DNA of 64,000 nt from Verrucomicrobiota bacterium (GTDB taxonomy: Bacteria > Verrucomicrobiota > Verrucomicrobiia > Limisphaerales > Palsa-1400): NCBI GenBank assembly GCA_049510745.1, contig JBEKYR010000010.1:1-64000 (forward strand). Direction: 5' to 3'. The notes beneath the pieces are model-generated. The model was not told where the DNA came from, made no database searches, and worked only from the letters and a program-made list of their open reading frames with translations. Shown here piece by piece: positions 49,038 to 59,923 of the stretch. A program made the position numbers and the translations under genes. The number at the start of each line of letters is the position of its first letter. The first letter of the stretch is position 1.

Positions 49038-49925
49038 CTACGAGGAATGCTTTTCCTTCAATCTCTTGGCGACATCCTCCATCGTTCCCTTGAAAGGTCC
49101 GGGTGTTTCCATCTTTATCGAAACCAGCGCGGCCGCGAATTTCAAGGATTCTTCCGCGTCATGATCCAGCCGGCGGGACAGGTAGGCCGCGAAGGTCGTA
49201 TCCCCGCGGCCGGTCCGGCCCGCCATGCTGTTGTTGGAGAACTTCTCATAGAGCGTCCGGCCGTTGACCCGCGCCAGCACGCCCTGGGCGTGCGTGATCA
49301 TGATTTCCGGGCAGCCCCAGGATTCGACAATGATTGCGGCCTTTTCCAGGTCCTCCGTTCCGGTCAGAATACGGGCTTCCACCACGTCCAGCTTGAGTTT
49401 GTCCATCATGCCCGCAATGTCTTTTTTATTTGAGACGTCGCTGAACTCTATGTCATGGGTCACCAGGGTGACGTGGCGGACGAAGCTCTGCATGTCGGCC
49501 GACAGGCTGTACCCCCGGGCCTTCAAACCCTTCATCAGAACCATGTCGAACTCGGTGTCGGAAATCCCGGCCAGATGAACGCACGTGGAGTTGAGCTTCG
49601 GCACGTCGCCAATCGCTATCAAGCCGGCGGTTTTGACCAGGGTCAACTTGCGCTCGTCCACGTTCGCGGATTCGTGCAGCACCCTCGAATAGGTCGTCTC
49701 CGCGCTCGGGATGACGTAGGTGTCCACACCCGCGTCCTTCATGGGCTGAAGGATGTTTTCATCCTTCTTCGCCATTTTGACGACGGCGGCAACTTTTTTC
49801 CCCACTCGCGCCGCCACCATGGCGCCGCACAGAACGGCGCTCCCCGGGGCGACGACCGGTCTGCCGCCGAAGGGAATGATCTCGTCGTAGCACATGTGCC
49901 CGACGAAGGTGATGTCGTAATTCAT
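49038..49925 (-). CDS. PfkB/ribokinase-family sugar kinase
   Basis: APGSA N-terminal motif; C-terminal 'GRTGRGDTT' anion-hole motif. Confidence 0.88.
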   Translation of the reverse strand: MNYDITFVGHMCYDEIIPFGGRPVVAPGSAVLCGAMVAARVGKKVAAVVKMAKKDENILQPMKDAGVDTYVIPSAETTYSRVLHESANVDERKLTLVKTAGLIAIGDVPKLNSTCVHLAGISDTEFDMVLMKGLKARGYSLSADMQSFVRHVTLVTHDIEFSDVSNKKDIAGMMDKLKLDVVEARILTGTEDLEKAAIIVESWGCPEIMITHAQGVLARVNGRTLYEKFSNNSMAGRTGRGDTTFAAYLSRRLDHDAEESLKFAAALVSIKMETPGPFKGTMEDVAKRLKEKHSS

Positions 49926-49932
49926 AAACGCG

Positions 49933-52473
49933 TCAATCCTCTTTTATCAGCCCGGACAGGAATGACATCAAGGACTCTGAAACAATGATGGTCGCGCCCT
50001 TTTGCGCTTGCCTCTCTTTGATATGCTGCAGGACCAGGTGCGTCCAGACGGCGCCTGGCCGGGGATAGGCGGCGACGATGTAATGGGGTCCGGGGGCGGA
50101 TTCTCCCGCTTCCTTTTCCAACTCAGCCCGGAGGTTGTCCGGGGTGATCATGGAATTGCCGTAATCGAACACCACCCTGTCCATGTGCTTATAGACGTCC
50201 TTACTCTCTTTTACCATGCCGTAGTAATCCAAAAGCTGGGCGAAGACGTAATTGGAAGTGGTGTAAACGTCCTTGCCCTGGTCCGATTCCACCGGCTGGC
50301 CGTCCTCCGTGCGGGCCATGGCCCAGCCCATGAAGGTGCGGTTGTTCTGGTAGATCGTCTTCAGAATCTTCCTGGCACGATCCTCCGGAATGAAGGACTC
50401 TTCGCCGATGGCAATCAAGTACCAGAGGGCGTCCAGTTGGTTGGTCCACACATCCGTGTTGGTTTTCCCCGTGGCCGGATCGAAACAGGTGACGTAATAC
50501 TGGAGCGGGTCGCCCTTTTTATTTTTTCCGTCCCGCCATAGCTTCTCGAAGCTCGCCCGGGCCTTGTCGAACGCAGTCTGAATCCGCGCCCTGGCGGGTT
50601 GGTCGTTCAACATTTCCGCCATGGTAACCATGGCCTGGCACCCGGCCAGGAAGGTCGTGGCGTCATAGGCGTCCGCTCCGAAGAGCACCAGGTTGTCGAA
50701 GGTGTTCTTCACCTCGTCTGGATAGCCCTCGGGCACCCCGTCGCCGTCATAGTCCTGCTTGAGCAGGAATTCCAGCCCGAATTTGAGCGTCTCCCAATTC
50801 TTCTTGAGAAACTCGGTGTCTCCCGTGAACTTCACATTGCGCAGCACGCGCATCGCCAGCTTGGGGAAAAGGTCCACCCAGTAGTTGTTGTTGTACCAGG
50901 CATAATCGCTGACGTTGCGCAGGGCATGGCCCTTGGGCAGGGCGCCGACGTCGTGCGCCACGCTGCCCTTGACCTTGAAGGCGTCCCGGATTTGGGTCAT
51001 CGACGTGCCCTCGTATTCCTCCGGATGCTCTTGGAAATGCTTTCTGGCTTCCACGAACGAGGAGTGGAAGTGGTAGAAGCGCGGGGTGGGGTCCTCGGCC
51101 TGAATGGAGTCGATGAATCTCTGGCAAAGCTCCTTTTCCACGCGCGGGAACAGGATCAGAAGCACCATGGAATACCAATCCACATCCGATGGATTGATGT
51201 ACGCGTAGTCGAAGCATTCAAGGAACCGTGCCCGCTCATTGCCCTGGTCGTCTTCAACCCAGACGGCGCCGTTTGACAATGGGAAATGGAACTCGTTGAG
51301 CATCAGGCGGGTCAGGCGCAGGGCGCCGGCCCTGTCCTCCTTGTAGGAGGGGCTTGCCTGGATGAAATCCAAAATCCGTTTCTGAAATTTCACCGTCCGG
51401 TCCCACCAGTGCGGATATCTCTCCAGGGCCAGCTTCGCCATGTCGATGACCCGCTCCTCCTTGTCCGCGAAGCTCCTGACGTATTTGCGCTCGAACTTCG
51501 CCCCGTCAACGAAGACCTGTTCCGGGAAGTCCAGGACAACGGCCACGGGAATTCTTTTCGTCGCGCCCGGCTCCAGCGTGAAGGTCAGGCTGAGCGCCGC
51601 TCCGTAATCGCTCTTGGGAAGCGGCTGCCGTTTTTCGTAGAAGCTGCCGTCCGCATTCAAAAGGAGATCCTGGCTGCACCGGTTCAGGCAGAAATAGGGC
51701 TGGATGTCCACCGCAACGCCGGGCGTTTCGGCGACTGCCAGCGCCATCCGGTTCAGGCTTTCCGTGCTTGCCATCACTACTCCCCGCGCATTCGCGGACC
51801 GAAACTCTTTATGCGCATGGCCGTGGACAGGGGCCGAACAGATATAGACGCTGTCCTGGTCAGTCGGTTTAAGCTCCTTTTCCTGGAGGTTGACCAGGGA
51901 CGGCCTGGGCACCACGAGCGTGATCTCCTGGGCCTTGTCCGCGGCGTTTTCCACCTCGAACTCTTCAACGCCCAGTGGCATCGACGTCTCGGCTCCACCC
52001 GACAGGAAGGGGGAAACCAGTCTTCTGGTTACTTTCACCTTCCCCAGCTTATAGGCAATCTCCAGCGATGGCGTGGCGATGGTGAGGGAAACGTTTCTTT
52101 CCGCAATCGGGGGATGGTAGTAGTTCTCAATGGCCGGGATGTCGTCGGGAGCCTCGGGGCTTTGCGGCTTTCTTTGCGTGAGCATGGTGAACTTGCCGCC
52201 GATGCGCACGAAGGGCGCGGAGGCGAATTGGATCGCCTTTTGGTTCAGCAGGATGAGCCGGCCCGCGTCGTTCAGGCGGTTGTACAGACCGTAGGGGGAA
52301 ATGCCGACCGAGCAGGTGGGCGCCCCTTGCAGGGCCACCGTTTGCGGGAACTGCAGGGTCTTGGACATGCCCTGGAAGTGGACCGTCATTTTGTTTTGTT
52401 CGTAAATGGCGGCGATTCTGGCTCCCGCGATGGTGTAAATATCGCGCACGTCGAATGCAGCGGATTTCGGCAT
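49933..52473 (-). CDS. Divergent GH116-family glycoside hydrolase, cytoplasmic
   Basis: FLECFDY (nucleophile Glu), HDVG, WVDL, NTFD (acid/base Asp), YPRP; no signal peptide. Confidence 0.8.
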   Translation of the reverse strand: MPKSAAFDVRDIYTIAGARIAAIYEQNKMTVHFQGMSKTLQFPQTVALQGAPTCSVGISPYGLYNRLNDAGRLILLNQKAIQFASAPFVRIGGKFTMLTQRKPQSPEAPDDIPAIENYYHPPIAERNVSLTIATPSLEIAYKLGKVKVTRRLVSPFLSGGAETSMPLGVEEFEVENAADKAQEITLVVPRPSLVNLQEKELKPTDQDSVYICSAPVHGHAHKEFRSANARGVVMASTESLNRMALAVAETPGVAVDIQPYFCLNRCSQDLLLNADGSFYEKRQPLPKSDYGAALSLTFTLEPGATKRIPVAVVLDFPEQVFVDGAKFERKYVRSFADKEERVIDMAKLALERYPHWWDRTVKFQKRILDFIQASPSYKEDRAGALRLTRLMLNEFHFPLSNGAVWVEDDQGNERARFLECFDYAYINPSDVDWYSMVLLILFPRVEKELCQRFIDSIQAEDPTPRFYHFHSSFVEARKHFQEHPEEYEGTSMTQIRDAFKVKGSVAHDVGALPKGHALRNVSDYAWYNNNYWVDLFPKLAMRVLRNVKFTGDTEFLKKNWETLKFGLEFLLKQDYDGDGVPEGYPDEVKNTFDNLVLFGADAYDATTFLAGCQAMVTMAEMLNDQPARARIQTAFDKARASFEKLWRDGKNKKGDPLQYYVTCFDPATGKTNTDVWTNQLDALWYLIAIGEESFIPEDRARKILKTIYQNNRTFMGWAMARTEDGQPVESDQGKDVYTTSNYVFAQLLDYYGMVKESKDVYKHMDRVVFDYGNSMITPDNLRAELEKEAGESAPGPHYIVAAYPRPGAVWTHLVLQHIKERQAQKGATIIVSESLMSFLSGLIKED

Positions 52474-52506
52474 CTTTTCCCCCTCTCGGTTATCAGGCCT
52501 GATCGT

Positions 52507-54354
52507 TCAGCACTTGCCTCCGAAGGCGAAGCCTTTTTTCCGCGCCGGTTTTTCCGCGGTCTTCTTCGCGGGCGCCGCGGTTTCAGCGCCGGCCAGTGCC
52601 TTTTCCTTGCTCAGGTCGATCGGCATCTTCGTTGACGGATAAGCCTTGACAGCCCCGAAGAGCAGGTCCGCGGCGACCCGGATCGAATCGGGGGAGCCTG
52701 AGAAATTGCAGACCACCGCATCGGCCTCTAGGGTCGTGCCTTTGAGATAAGGGAAGTTCGTCACCACAACCACGGTGTGTCCGGCGTCTTTCAACGCCTT
52801 CACCAAGCCTTGGTTGTTGCCTCTCTTTTCGATGCGGGCGTAGTAGTTGGTCATGACGACCATCTCCGCTTCCTTCGCCAGCTCGAGTGCTTGTGCCACG
52901 TCCTCGTCGCTGGCGTGGAACCCCGTGTCGGCCAGGATGAGGTTGATGGAGTGTTTGGCCATCTGTTCGCAGAACATGTGGGGATGACTGTAGAGGTCCT
53001 TTCCCAGGAAGGGATACGGAATGAGCTGCTCGATGACCAGGATCTTCTTGTCCTTGCTCAACGGCAGCAGTTTCTTGTCGTCGCGCACCACCAGAAGGGC
53101 TTTATGGGCCACTTCCCGGGAGAAATCCATCACTTCCTTGCTCCTGACGATGGCCTTGGTCTTCTCCGGATCCATTTTCCCGGCTTTTTTGAACAGACCC
53201 TGGTCGTACTTCATGCACAGAAGCCGCCGGACCGCGTCGTTGAGCCGCTCTTCGGAAAGCTCTCCGCGCTCGATGGCGCTCTTGATGCCGAAGAGGCACT
53301 GCGAGCGGGATTCGTCGTCCGCCTTGAGCAGGATGGTGTCCACGCCCGCCTTGATCGCCAGGGCGCACGCCTGGGGGAGCGGCCACTTTTTCAGGATGGC
53401 CGCCATGCCGATGGCGTCCGAGACGATAACGCCTTTGAACCCCATTTCTCCCCTGAGAAGATCAGTGAGGATTTTGGATGACAGGGTGGCGGGGAACTCT
53501 TTGTCGAAGGGCGGGAAGATCGTATGGGCCGTCATGAGGGCCTTCGCGCCCGCGTTGATGCCGGCCTGGAAGGTCACCAGCTCCACTTCGCGCATGCGCT
53601 TGAGATCCGCCCGGCAGACGTCCAGCACGTCGTGCGCGTCGGTCGCCGAATCGCCGCGGCCCGCGAAGTGTTTGACCGTGGCGACAATGCCGGCATCCTG
53701 ATACCCGCGCACCGTCGCCTCCACGTACTTCGCGCAGACCTTCGGATCATCGCCGAAGGAGCGCACGCCGATTTCGGGGTTCAACGGGTTGATATTGACG
53801 TCGCAGACCGGGTGATAGAACTGCGTTACTCCGATGGCGGCCATCTGCCGGCCCAGCGTATTGGCCACTTTATAGGCAAGATCGACGTCTCCAATGGCGG
53901 TCATTCCCATGGGCGGCGGGAACTGTATGACGTGACCGGAGGTGTAGTCGTTTTTGAAATCGCCTTCCATGTCGATGGTGATGTGCAGGGGGATGCCGGA
54001 GGGCCGGCTCATGGCGATTTCCTGCAGCTTGTTGAGGGCGGCCGTCAACTCTTCCGGAGACACGCTCACGCCGTAGTTATGATCGTCGAAATAGGTGTGC
54101 GCGATGTCGAAATAGTCCTTGGGCTTCTTGAAGTTGGGGTCCACCTGCGAACGCCCCCAATACAGGTTCTTGCATGTTTCCAGCGCGTACGGCTCCAGGC
54201 AAAGGCCGCCGGCGTGCAGTTTGGTGACCTGTTCGACCCCCGAGGGCGTCAGGTAAGCCCCGCGCCAGGTGAAGGTCAAAACCTGGCCGCATTTTTCCGC
54301 CAGGGTCATTTTCGCCACCTTCGCTGAAACAAAATCGTCTCTTTCCTTCGACAT
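52507..54354 (-). CDS. GH3 two-domain NagZ-like glycosidase, cytoplasmic
   Basis: IDMEG, IGVRSFG, KHFAGRGDSATDAH, MTAH, IVSDAIGM; no signal peptide. Confidence 0.92.
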   Translation of the reverse strand: MSKERDDFVSAKVAKMTLAEKCGQVLTFTWRGAYLTPSGVEQVTKLHAGGLCLEPYALETCKNLYWGRSQVDPNFKKPKDYFDIAHTYFDDHNYGVSVSPEELTAALNKLQEIAMSRPSGIPLHITIDMEGDFKNDYTSGHVIQFPPPMGMTAIGDVDLAYKVANTLGRQMAAIGVTQFYHPVCDVNINPLNPEIGVRSFGDDPKVCAKYVEATVRGYQDAGIVATVKHFAGRGDSATDAHDVLDVCRADLKRMREVELVTFQAGINAGAKALMTAHTIFPPFDKEFPATLSSKILTDLLRGEMGFKGVIVSDAIGMAAILKKWPLPQACALAIKAGVDTILLKADDESRSQCLFGIKSAIERGELSEERLNDAVRRLLCMKYDQGLFKKAGKMDPEKTKAIVRSKEVMDFSREVAHKALLVVRDDKKLLPLSKDKKILVIEQLIPYPFLGKDLYSHPHMFCEQMAKHSINLILADTGFHASDEDVAQALELAKEAEMVVMTNYYARIEKRGNNQGLVKALKDAGHTVVVVTNFPYLKGTTLEADAVVCNFSGSPDSIRVAADLLFGAVKAYPSTKMPIDLSKEKALAGAETAAPAKKTAEKPARKKGFAFGGKC

Positions 54355-54581
54355 AATGTATCAATTCAATAATTGTTTTATGACTTTGCCCTGTTCGCAC
54401 CGATCGCGGTCGCCAGGTCCGACGCGGAGCTTGCGCAAAACGACATGGGCCTTGACGACTCCCGCGCCTCGAAAGTCTCCGATTCGGTTCTTATTCCCGC
54501 AACTTTGGGGTTTGGAATGTCGGCACGTCAAGCGATATTATTGAGCCAACAGCGACGCGCCGCCGGGCAGTTTTAGACCGC

Positions 54582-55631
54582 TCATTTTGCCGGCGAATTA
54601 AACGCCGCCAGCGCTTCCAACATGGCCAGGATGTTCTGCCGCGGCATGCCCGGACTGACGCCCCCGCCGAGCGACAGGATGAGGCCTTGGCCCCCGCTTT
54701 TTTCCAGGACATCGAGCGTGGCCCGGCGCACTTCCTGGGGCGTGCCACGGACGCCCACCTCCAGCGGGTTGACGTTGCCCATGAGGCACATTCGATGACC
54801 GACCCGCGCCTTGACTTCCGCGATGTCCGTTTGCTTGCCCCAGTTCAGCACGTTAAACCCGCAGTCCGGAAGATGCTCCAGGCACACGGCGATGGAAGCG
54901 TCGTTATGATAAATCTTGACCCAATCCTTCGGAAACGCGTCGCAGATTCTTTTCAGGAACGGGTGGGCGAATTCCTGGTAATGCTCCTCGCTGATAAAGC
55001 CGACAATATCGTCGAGGATGAAAATGCCCTCGACGGTGGGGCCGATGATTTTCGCCTGCGCCTTCAGCCAGTCAATAACAAGACGCGCGCAAAGGTCGAT
55101 CAATTTGCGCGCCCACTCCGGCTCCTCCACCAGGTCCATCATGAAATCGGTCGTGCCGCGGACGAACGCGGCCGTGCAAAGCGGCCCGCGGGAGGTGACC
55201 AGCGGCAGAATCTCCCCCTGGTCGAGGATGCGCTGTTTCTGCATCTTAATGCGGTGCAGCGTCAGCCCCATAAAGGCGTCGCTCTCCACCTCATATGGGG
55301 GGAACTTCTCCAGGTCTTCGATGCGGCAGAGGGTGTGGTCGGCGCCGGGGGTGTTGTTCGGCCAGAATTTGATCCTGGCCCCCAGCGCCGAAGGCTCGGC
55401 CGCCATGCCGTATTCCATCCACCACGAGGGAACGAAGATGATCCCGGGAAACTCCCGATGAATCTTCAGGTTCGACTGGAACCAAAGCTCCGGGTCCAGA
55501 TAATAATCCAGGTGGTTCAACCCGAGGTAACCGGGAATCCACGGGCTGTCAATAATCAGCGCCAGGGGGATTTTCTCCAGCTTTTCCAGGCGGGCCGCTT
55601 TCTTGAATATCTCCCACTGTTCAGGTCTCAT
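54582..55631 (-). CDS. Uroporphyrinogen decarboxylase-fold protein (MtaA/CmuA methyltransferase-like)
   Basis: AEPSALG, GPLCTA, HND, CLMGNVNP, ILSLGGG; lacks the HemE W(F/L)MRQAGR motif. Confidence 0.85.
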   Translation of the reverse strand: MRPEQWEIFKKAARLEKLEKIPLALIIDSPWIPGYLGLNHLDYYLDPELWFQSNLKIHREFPGIIFVPSWWMEYGMAAEPSALGARIKFWPNNTPGADHTLCRIEDLEKFPPYEVESDAFMGLTLHRIKMQKQRILDQGEILPLVTSRGPLCTAAFVRGTTDFMMDLVEEPEWARKLIDLCARLVIDWLKAQAKIIGPTVEGIFILDDIVGFISEEHYQEFAHPFLKRICDAFPKDWVKIYHNDASIAVCLEHLPDCGFNVLNWGKQTDIAEVKARVGHRMCLMGNVNPLEVGVRGTPQEVRRATLDVLEKSGGQGLILSLGGGVSPGMPRQNILAMLEALAAFNSPAK

Positions 55632-55740
55632 GTGTTGGGGCGGGGCGGCGGAAGTGGCGTTTGAGGTTCATGGTTCGGCTCTTTAGAGGGCTGATTTTCC
55701 CTTCCAGTTTGGAGATTGCAAGTGGAAAAAGCGCCGGCAG

Positions 55741-55908
55741 GTAATGCCTCAGTGACGGCGGGAAGAAGCGGAGCCTAAAAAAACTCTCATTTCGCCGTCT
55801 GCACATCTTCCTTGACAAATAGAGAGAATCGACCCTAGCATACCCGCATTGCGGCTTTCAATGCGGGTATGCTCAATTTCGCATTTCCCCCCATCACTGA
55901 GGCATTAC
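55741..55908. mobile_element. MITE copy 2 (168 bp), inverted relative to copy 1
   Basis: Same TIR GTAATGCCTCAGTGA; flanks GCCGGCAG/GCTGGCAG. Confidence 0.9.
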
Positions 55909-56081
55909 GCTGGCAGACGAGGCTCCGAGGCTCCGGGAAATCGAGAAAATCCATTGACACACGGCGGGGTCTGCGGCGATACAATTCGAGACATGAACAA
56001 TTCCCCTTCTGGCCCATCCGCCTGTCGCAACCGTTGGGCCGGTTGCCGGCGGGAGACTGCGGCGGGAGAGGCCGCCGGGAA

Positions 56082-58955
56082 ATGAAAAGTCTTTCTGCCG
56101 CCGTTTGGCTGACGCTTCCGCTCTGCCTGGGCCTGCGCCCGGCCCTGGCAATCGGAGAAGCCCCGTACGTCTCCACCCATTCCAGCGCCGGTTCCTTTGC
56201 CCTGGCCGCCGGCGGTTCTGTTCCCTCCATTTATGTTGACACAAATGAGTTCTGGGGCGTGGCCCGCGCCGCGGGGGATTTGCAGGCGGACCTTCAGCGT
56301 GTCACCGGCGTCACACCGGCCCTGACCCACGACGAAAAACTCGCGGGCGCCAACGTCATCCTCATCGGCGCCCTTGGCCAAAGCCGCCTGATCGATCAAT
56401 TGGCGCGCGAGGGCGCCATTGATTCAGCCCGGATTGCCGGCAAATGGGAATCGTTTCTCGTCCAAGTCGTGCCGCATCCGCTGCCGGGCGTGAAGAAGGC
56501 GCTGGTCATTGCCGGGAGCGACAAACGCGGAACCATTTACGGCATTTACGATCTGTCACAGCAGATGGGCGTCTCCCCGTGGTCGTGGTGGACGGATGTT
56601 CCGGTCCGGCATCACGACGCCCTGTTTGTCAAGGCCGGGGCGTTCGTTCAAGGCCCCCCGGCGGTCAAGTATCGCGGCATCTTCTTGAATGACGAAGCGC
56701 CCGACCTCACCGGGTGGGCGCATGAAAAATTCGGCGGTTACAACCATGCCTTCTACACCAACATCTTCCAACTGCTGCTGCGCCTGAAGGCCAATTACCT
56801 TTGGCCCGCCATGTGGGACAATTGCTTCAGCGAGGACGATCCGTTGAATCCCAAGCTGGCCAACGACTACGGCATCGTCATGGGCACTTCCCACGTCGAA
56901 CCGATGATGCGGGCGGACAAAGAATGGAACCGGAAAGGGTACACGGCGGCGCAATGGAATTACGACAAAAACCCCTCGGAACTGCGCGCCTTTTGGAGGG
57001 AGGGCATCCAACGGAACAAGCCTTACGAAAACATCATCACCATTGCCATGCGCGGCAAGATCGACACCCCGATGAGTCAGAGCGCCAACATCGCCTTGCT
57101 GGAAAAAATCGTCGGCGTCGAGCGGGACATCATCCGCGATGTCCTGGAAACCAACGCGGCGTCCGTGCCCCAGCTTTGGGCGCTCTACAAGGAGGTGCAG
57201 GAGTATTACGAGAAAGGGATGCGGGTGCCCGACGACGTGACGCTGCTGTGGTGCGATGACAATTGGGGCAATATCCGCCGGCTGCCCACCCCGGAGGAGC
57301 GCGGCCGCGCCGGCGGCGCCGGCATTTACTACCACTTGGACTACGTCGGCGGGCCGCGAAATTACAAATGGCTCAACTCGACACCGATTACAAAAGTGTG
57401 GGAGCAGATGAACCTGGCCCTCAATTACGGCGCGGACCGCATCTGGATCGTCAACGTCGGCCACCTTCACCATGTCACCTTTCCGGCGGAATTCTTTCTG
57501 ACCCTGGCCTGGGACCCGGCGCGATGGCCCAAGGAACGGATTTCCGAATTCACCCGGCTCTGGGCGGAACGAGAATTTGGCCCCGCCCACGCCCCGGAAA
57601 TTGCGCAAATCATGGCCCAATACACCAGATTTAACGGCCGCCGCAAACCGGAACTGCTGGACCAATCCACCTTCAGCCTCATCGATTACCAGGAGGCTGA
57701 CAGTGTGCTGGCGGACTGGAAATCCCTCGCCACGCAAGCCGAAGGCCTTGAGCGCGAACTGCCGCAAGAGGCCCGCGACGCCTTCTACGAGCTGGTGCTG
57801 CACCCCGTCAAGGCCTGCGCCGTGGTCAATGAACTTTACATCGCGGCGGCCAAAAGCCGTTTGTATGCCAGCCAGGGCCGCGCCAGCGCCAACGACTGCG
57901 CCGCGCAGGCCCGCGCGCTGTTCCAGGCCGACGCCGATTTGTCCTCCTATTTCAATCACACCCTCGCCCACGGCAAATGGGACCACATGATGGACCAGAC
58001 GCACATCGGTTACACCTATTGGCAGGAGCCGCCGTCGAATTCGATGCCGAAGGTTGCCGAGATCAAAATTCCGCGCGAGGCCGCGCTGGGGGTGGCGGTG
58101 GAAGGTTCCACCAATGCCTGGCCCGGCTCGCCGGAGCCGGCGGCGCTGCCGCCCTTCGATGCGTTCAGCCGGGGGCGGCATTACCTGGATGTTTTCAACC
58201 GCGGCCAGACGCCCTTTGCGTTCACGGCCAGCGCCGGCGCTCCGTGGATCCGCCTGAGCGCGACCCACGGCACGGTCGCGCGCGAGCAACGCATTTGGGT
58301 GGACATCGATTGGAGCCGCGCGCCCAAGGGCCGGGCTGAGGGCGGCGTTGAGATTCAGAGCGCGGGCGCGGGGCCTGTGACTGTCCACATCTATGCCTTC
58401 CAGCCCCGCGAGCCGTCGCGCGGCTCGCTGCGGGGGTTTGTCGAAGCCGGCGGTTGCGTGTCGATCGAAGCCGGGCACTACACCCGCAAGGTGGACACGG
58501 CGGGGGCGCGCTGGGAAGAAATTGACGAGTACGGCCGCACCCTTTCCGCGATGGCCATTTTCCCGCCCACGGCTGCGAGCCTTCTGCCGCCCGCCGGCGC
58601 GCCGTGCCTGGAATATCGCATGTACCTTTTTGACACCGGCAAGGTCAAGGTCGAGTCGATCCTTGCGCCGACGTTGAGTTTTGTTCCGGGCCGCGGCCTG
58701 CGTTATGCCATCTCGTTCGACGACCAGCCGCCCCAGGTGGTGGACGCCCTGGCGCACAACACGCTCAGAGACTGGGAAACGAGCGTCAAAGACAGCGTCC
58801 GGAAAGTGGCCTCCGATCACACCATCAGCCAGCCCGGCTACCATACCTTGAAGTTCCGGATGATCGATCCGGGAATTGTCCTGGAAAAGCTGGTGGTGGA
58901 TTTTGGGGGAGCCAGGCCGAGTTATCTGGGGCCGCCTGAAACTTACCATCGGTAA
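56082..58955 (+). CDS. GH115 xylan alpha-(4-O-methyl)glucuronidase
   Basis: [38 protein letters not shown]; signal peptide from ATG 56082. Confidence 0.95.
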   Translation: MKSLSAAVWLTLPLCLGLRPALAIGEAPYVSTHSSAGSFALAAGGSVPSIYVDTNEFWGVARAAGDLQADLQRVTGVTPALTHDEKLAGANVILIGALGQSRLIDQLAREGAIDSARIAGKWESFLVQVVPHPLPGVKKALVIAGSDKRGTIYGIYDLSQQMGVSPWSWWTDVPVRHHDALFVKAGAFVQGPPAVKYRGIFLNDEAPDLTGWAHEKFGGYNHAFYTNIFQLLLRLKANYLWPAMWDNCFSEDDPLNPKLANDYGIVMGTSHVEPMMRADKEWNRKGYTAAQWNYDKNPSELRAFWREGIQRNKPYENIITIAMRGKIDTPMSQSANIALLEKIVGVERDIIRDVLETNAASVPQLWALYKEVQEYYEKGMRVPDDVTLLWCDDNWGNIRRLPTPEERGRAGGAGIYYHLDYVGGPRNYKWLNSTPITKVWEQMNLALNYGADRIWIVNVGHLHHVTFPAEFFLTLAWDPARWPKERISEFTRLWAEREFGPAHAPEIAQIMAQYTRFNGRRKPELLDQSTFSLIDYQEADSVLADWKSLATQAEGLERELPQEARDAFYELVLHPVKACAVVNELYIAAAKSRLYASQGRASANDCAAQARALFQADADLSSYFNHTLAHGKWDHMMDQTHIGYTYWQEPPSNSMPKVAEIKIPREAALGVAVEGSTNAWPGSPEPAALPPFDAFSRGRHYLDVFNRGQTPFAFTASAGAPWIRLSATHGTVAREQRIWVDIDWSRAPKGRAEGGVEIQSAGAGPVTVHIYAFQPREPSRGSLRGFVEAGGCVSIEAGHYTRKVDTAGARWEEIDEYGRTLSAMAIFPPTAASLLPPAGAPCLEYRMYLFDTGKVKVESILAPTLSFVPGRGLRYAISFDDQPPQVVDALAHNTLRDWETSVKDSVRKVASDHTISQPGYHTLKFRMIDPGIVLEKLVVDFGGARPSYLGPPETYHR

Positions 58956-58972
58956 AATCGGCGCAAAAACGG

Positions 58973-59001
58973 TTGACATGCCGCTCTCGGGGGGATATTG
59001 T
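58973..59001 (+). promoter_or_regulatory. Sigma70-like promoter giving a leaderless prepilin mRNA
   Basis: TTGACA-17 bp-TATTGT-7 nt-ATG. Confidence 0.65.
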
Positions 59002-59008
59002 TCAAGGC

Positions 59009-59821
59009 ATGAACAAAGCCCGCTACAACCAATCGGCTTTTACCCTTATTGAGTTGCTCGTCGTCATTGCCATCATCGCGATTCTGGCGGCGATGCTGTT
59101 GCCGGCGCTGGCCGCCGCCAAGGAACGCTCCCAGCGCGCCAAGTGCATGAACAATTTGCGCCAACTTGGCGTCGGCATGACGATGTACGCGGGAGACAAC
59201 ATGGATACGCTGGCGCCCGCCAAGCCCACCAGCGACGACAATCCACCCACTGCGCCGTTCGTGCAATTCGCCATCTGGGCGCTGAACACCAACGCGATCA
59301 AAGGGGCTGGGATCCCGCTCACGACCAATCTGAACAGTGTTTGGTCCTGTCCCAACATTCTAGGGCTGCCGTGCCCTGACCCGGGCAACGTGCAATGGGT
59401 CATCGGCTATCAGTACTTCGGCGGCTTCTCAAGCTGGACGCCTCCCTCCGTCACAATCCCGGGGACACACAGTCCGGTCAAGCTCACCAAGTCCATGCCG
59501 TTTTGGTGCATGGCGGCGGATCTGATTATGAAAGTCGATGGTGCTTGGGGCAATCCCGACACGGATCTTCCTCTGCCCGCCCAGGCCGCCTGCAAGTTCA
59601 TACCGCAGCATCGCGAAGGGAGTCATCCGTATCCCGAGGGAGGCGAAGAAGTGTTCGTGGATTGTTCGACAAGGTTTTGCAAGGTCGAATCCATGTACCA
59701 GTTCACGACTTGGAGTCCAGGGACTCGCGAGCTTTGGTTTTATCAAAACCTGGCCGACATTACGGACCCGGCCGTGCTGCAGAGGATCAGTACTCTGAAA
59801 TGGAAAATTACTGATCGCTGA
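59009..59821 (+). CDS. Prepilin-type N-terminal cleavage/methylation protein (DUF1559-like)
   Basis: [34 protein letters not shown]; divergent C-terminal H...DC motif. Confidence 0.92.
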   Translation: MNKARYNQSAFTLIELLVVIAIIAILAAMLLPALAAAKERSQRAKCMNNLRQLGVGMTMYAGDNMDTLAPAKPTSDDNPPTAPFVQFAIWALNTNAIKGAGIPLTTNLNSVWSCPNILGLPCPDPGNVQWVIGYQYFGGFSSWTPPSVTIPGTHSPVKLTKSMPFWCMAADLIMKVDGAWGNPDTDLPLPAQAACKFIPQHREGSHPYPEGGEEVFVDCSTRFCKVESMYQFTTWSPGTRELWFYQNLADITDPAVLQRISTLKWKITDR

Positions 59822-59923
59822 GAGCCGCTGTCCTGAGGCTTTTGGTCTTGCCGGGCATCGGTTTCGTCCTGCCCGCGGGAAAGTTCCCGCTCCGCCCAAG
59901 AGATTCCGCCGAGCCGCGGCGGG

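Noticed and set aside
54582..55631. Canonical hemE
   Set aside because: Lacks the MRQAGR motif and has no tetrapyrrole gene context
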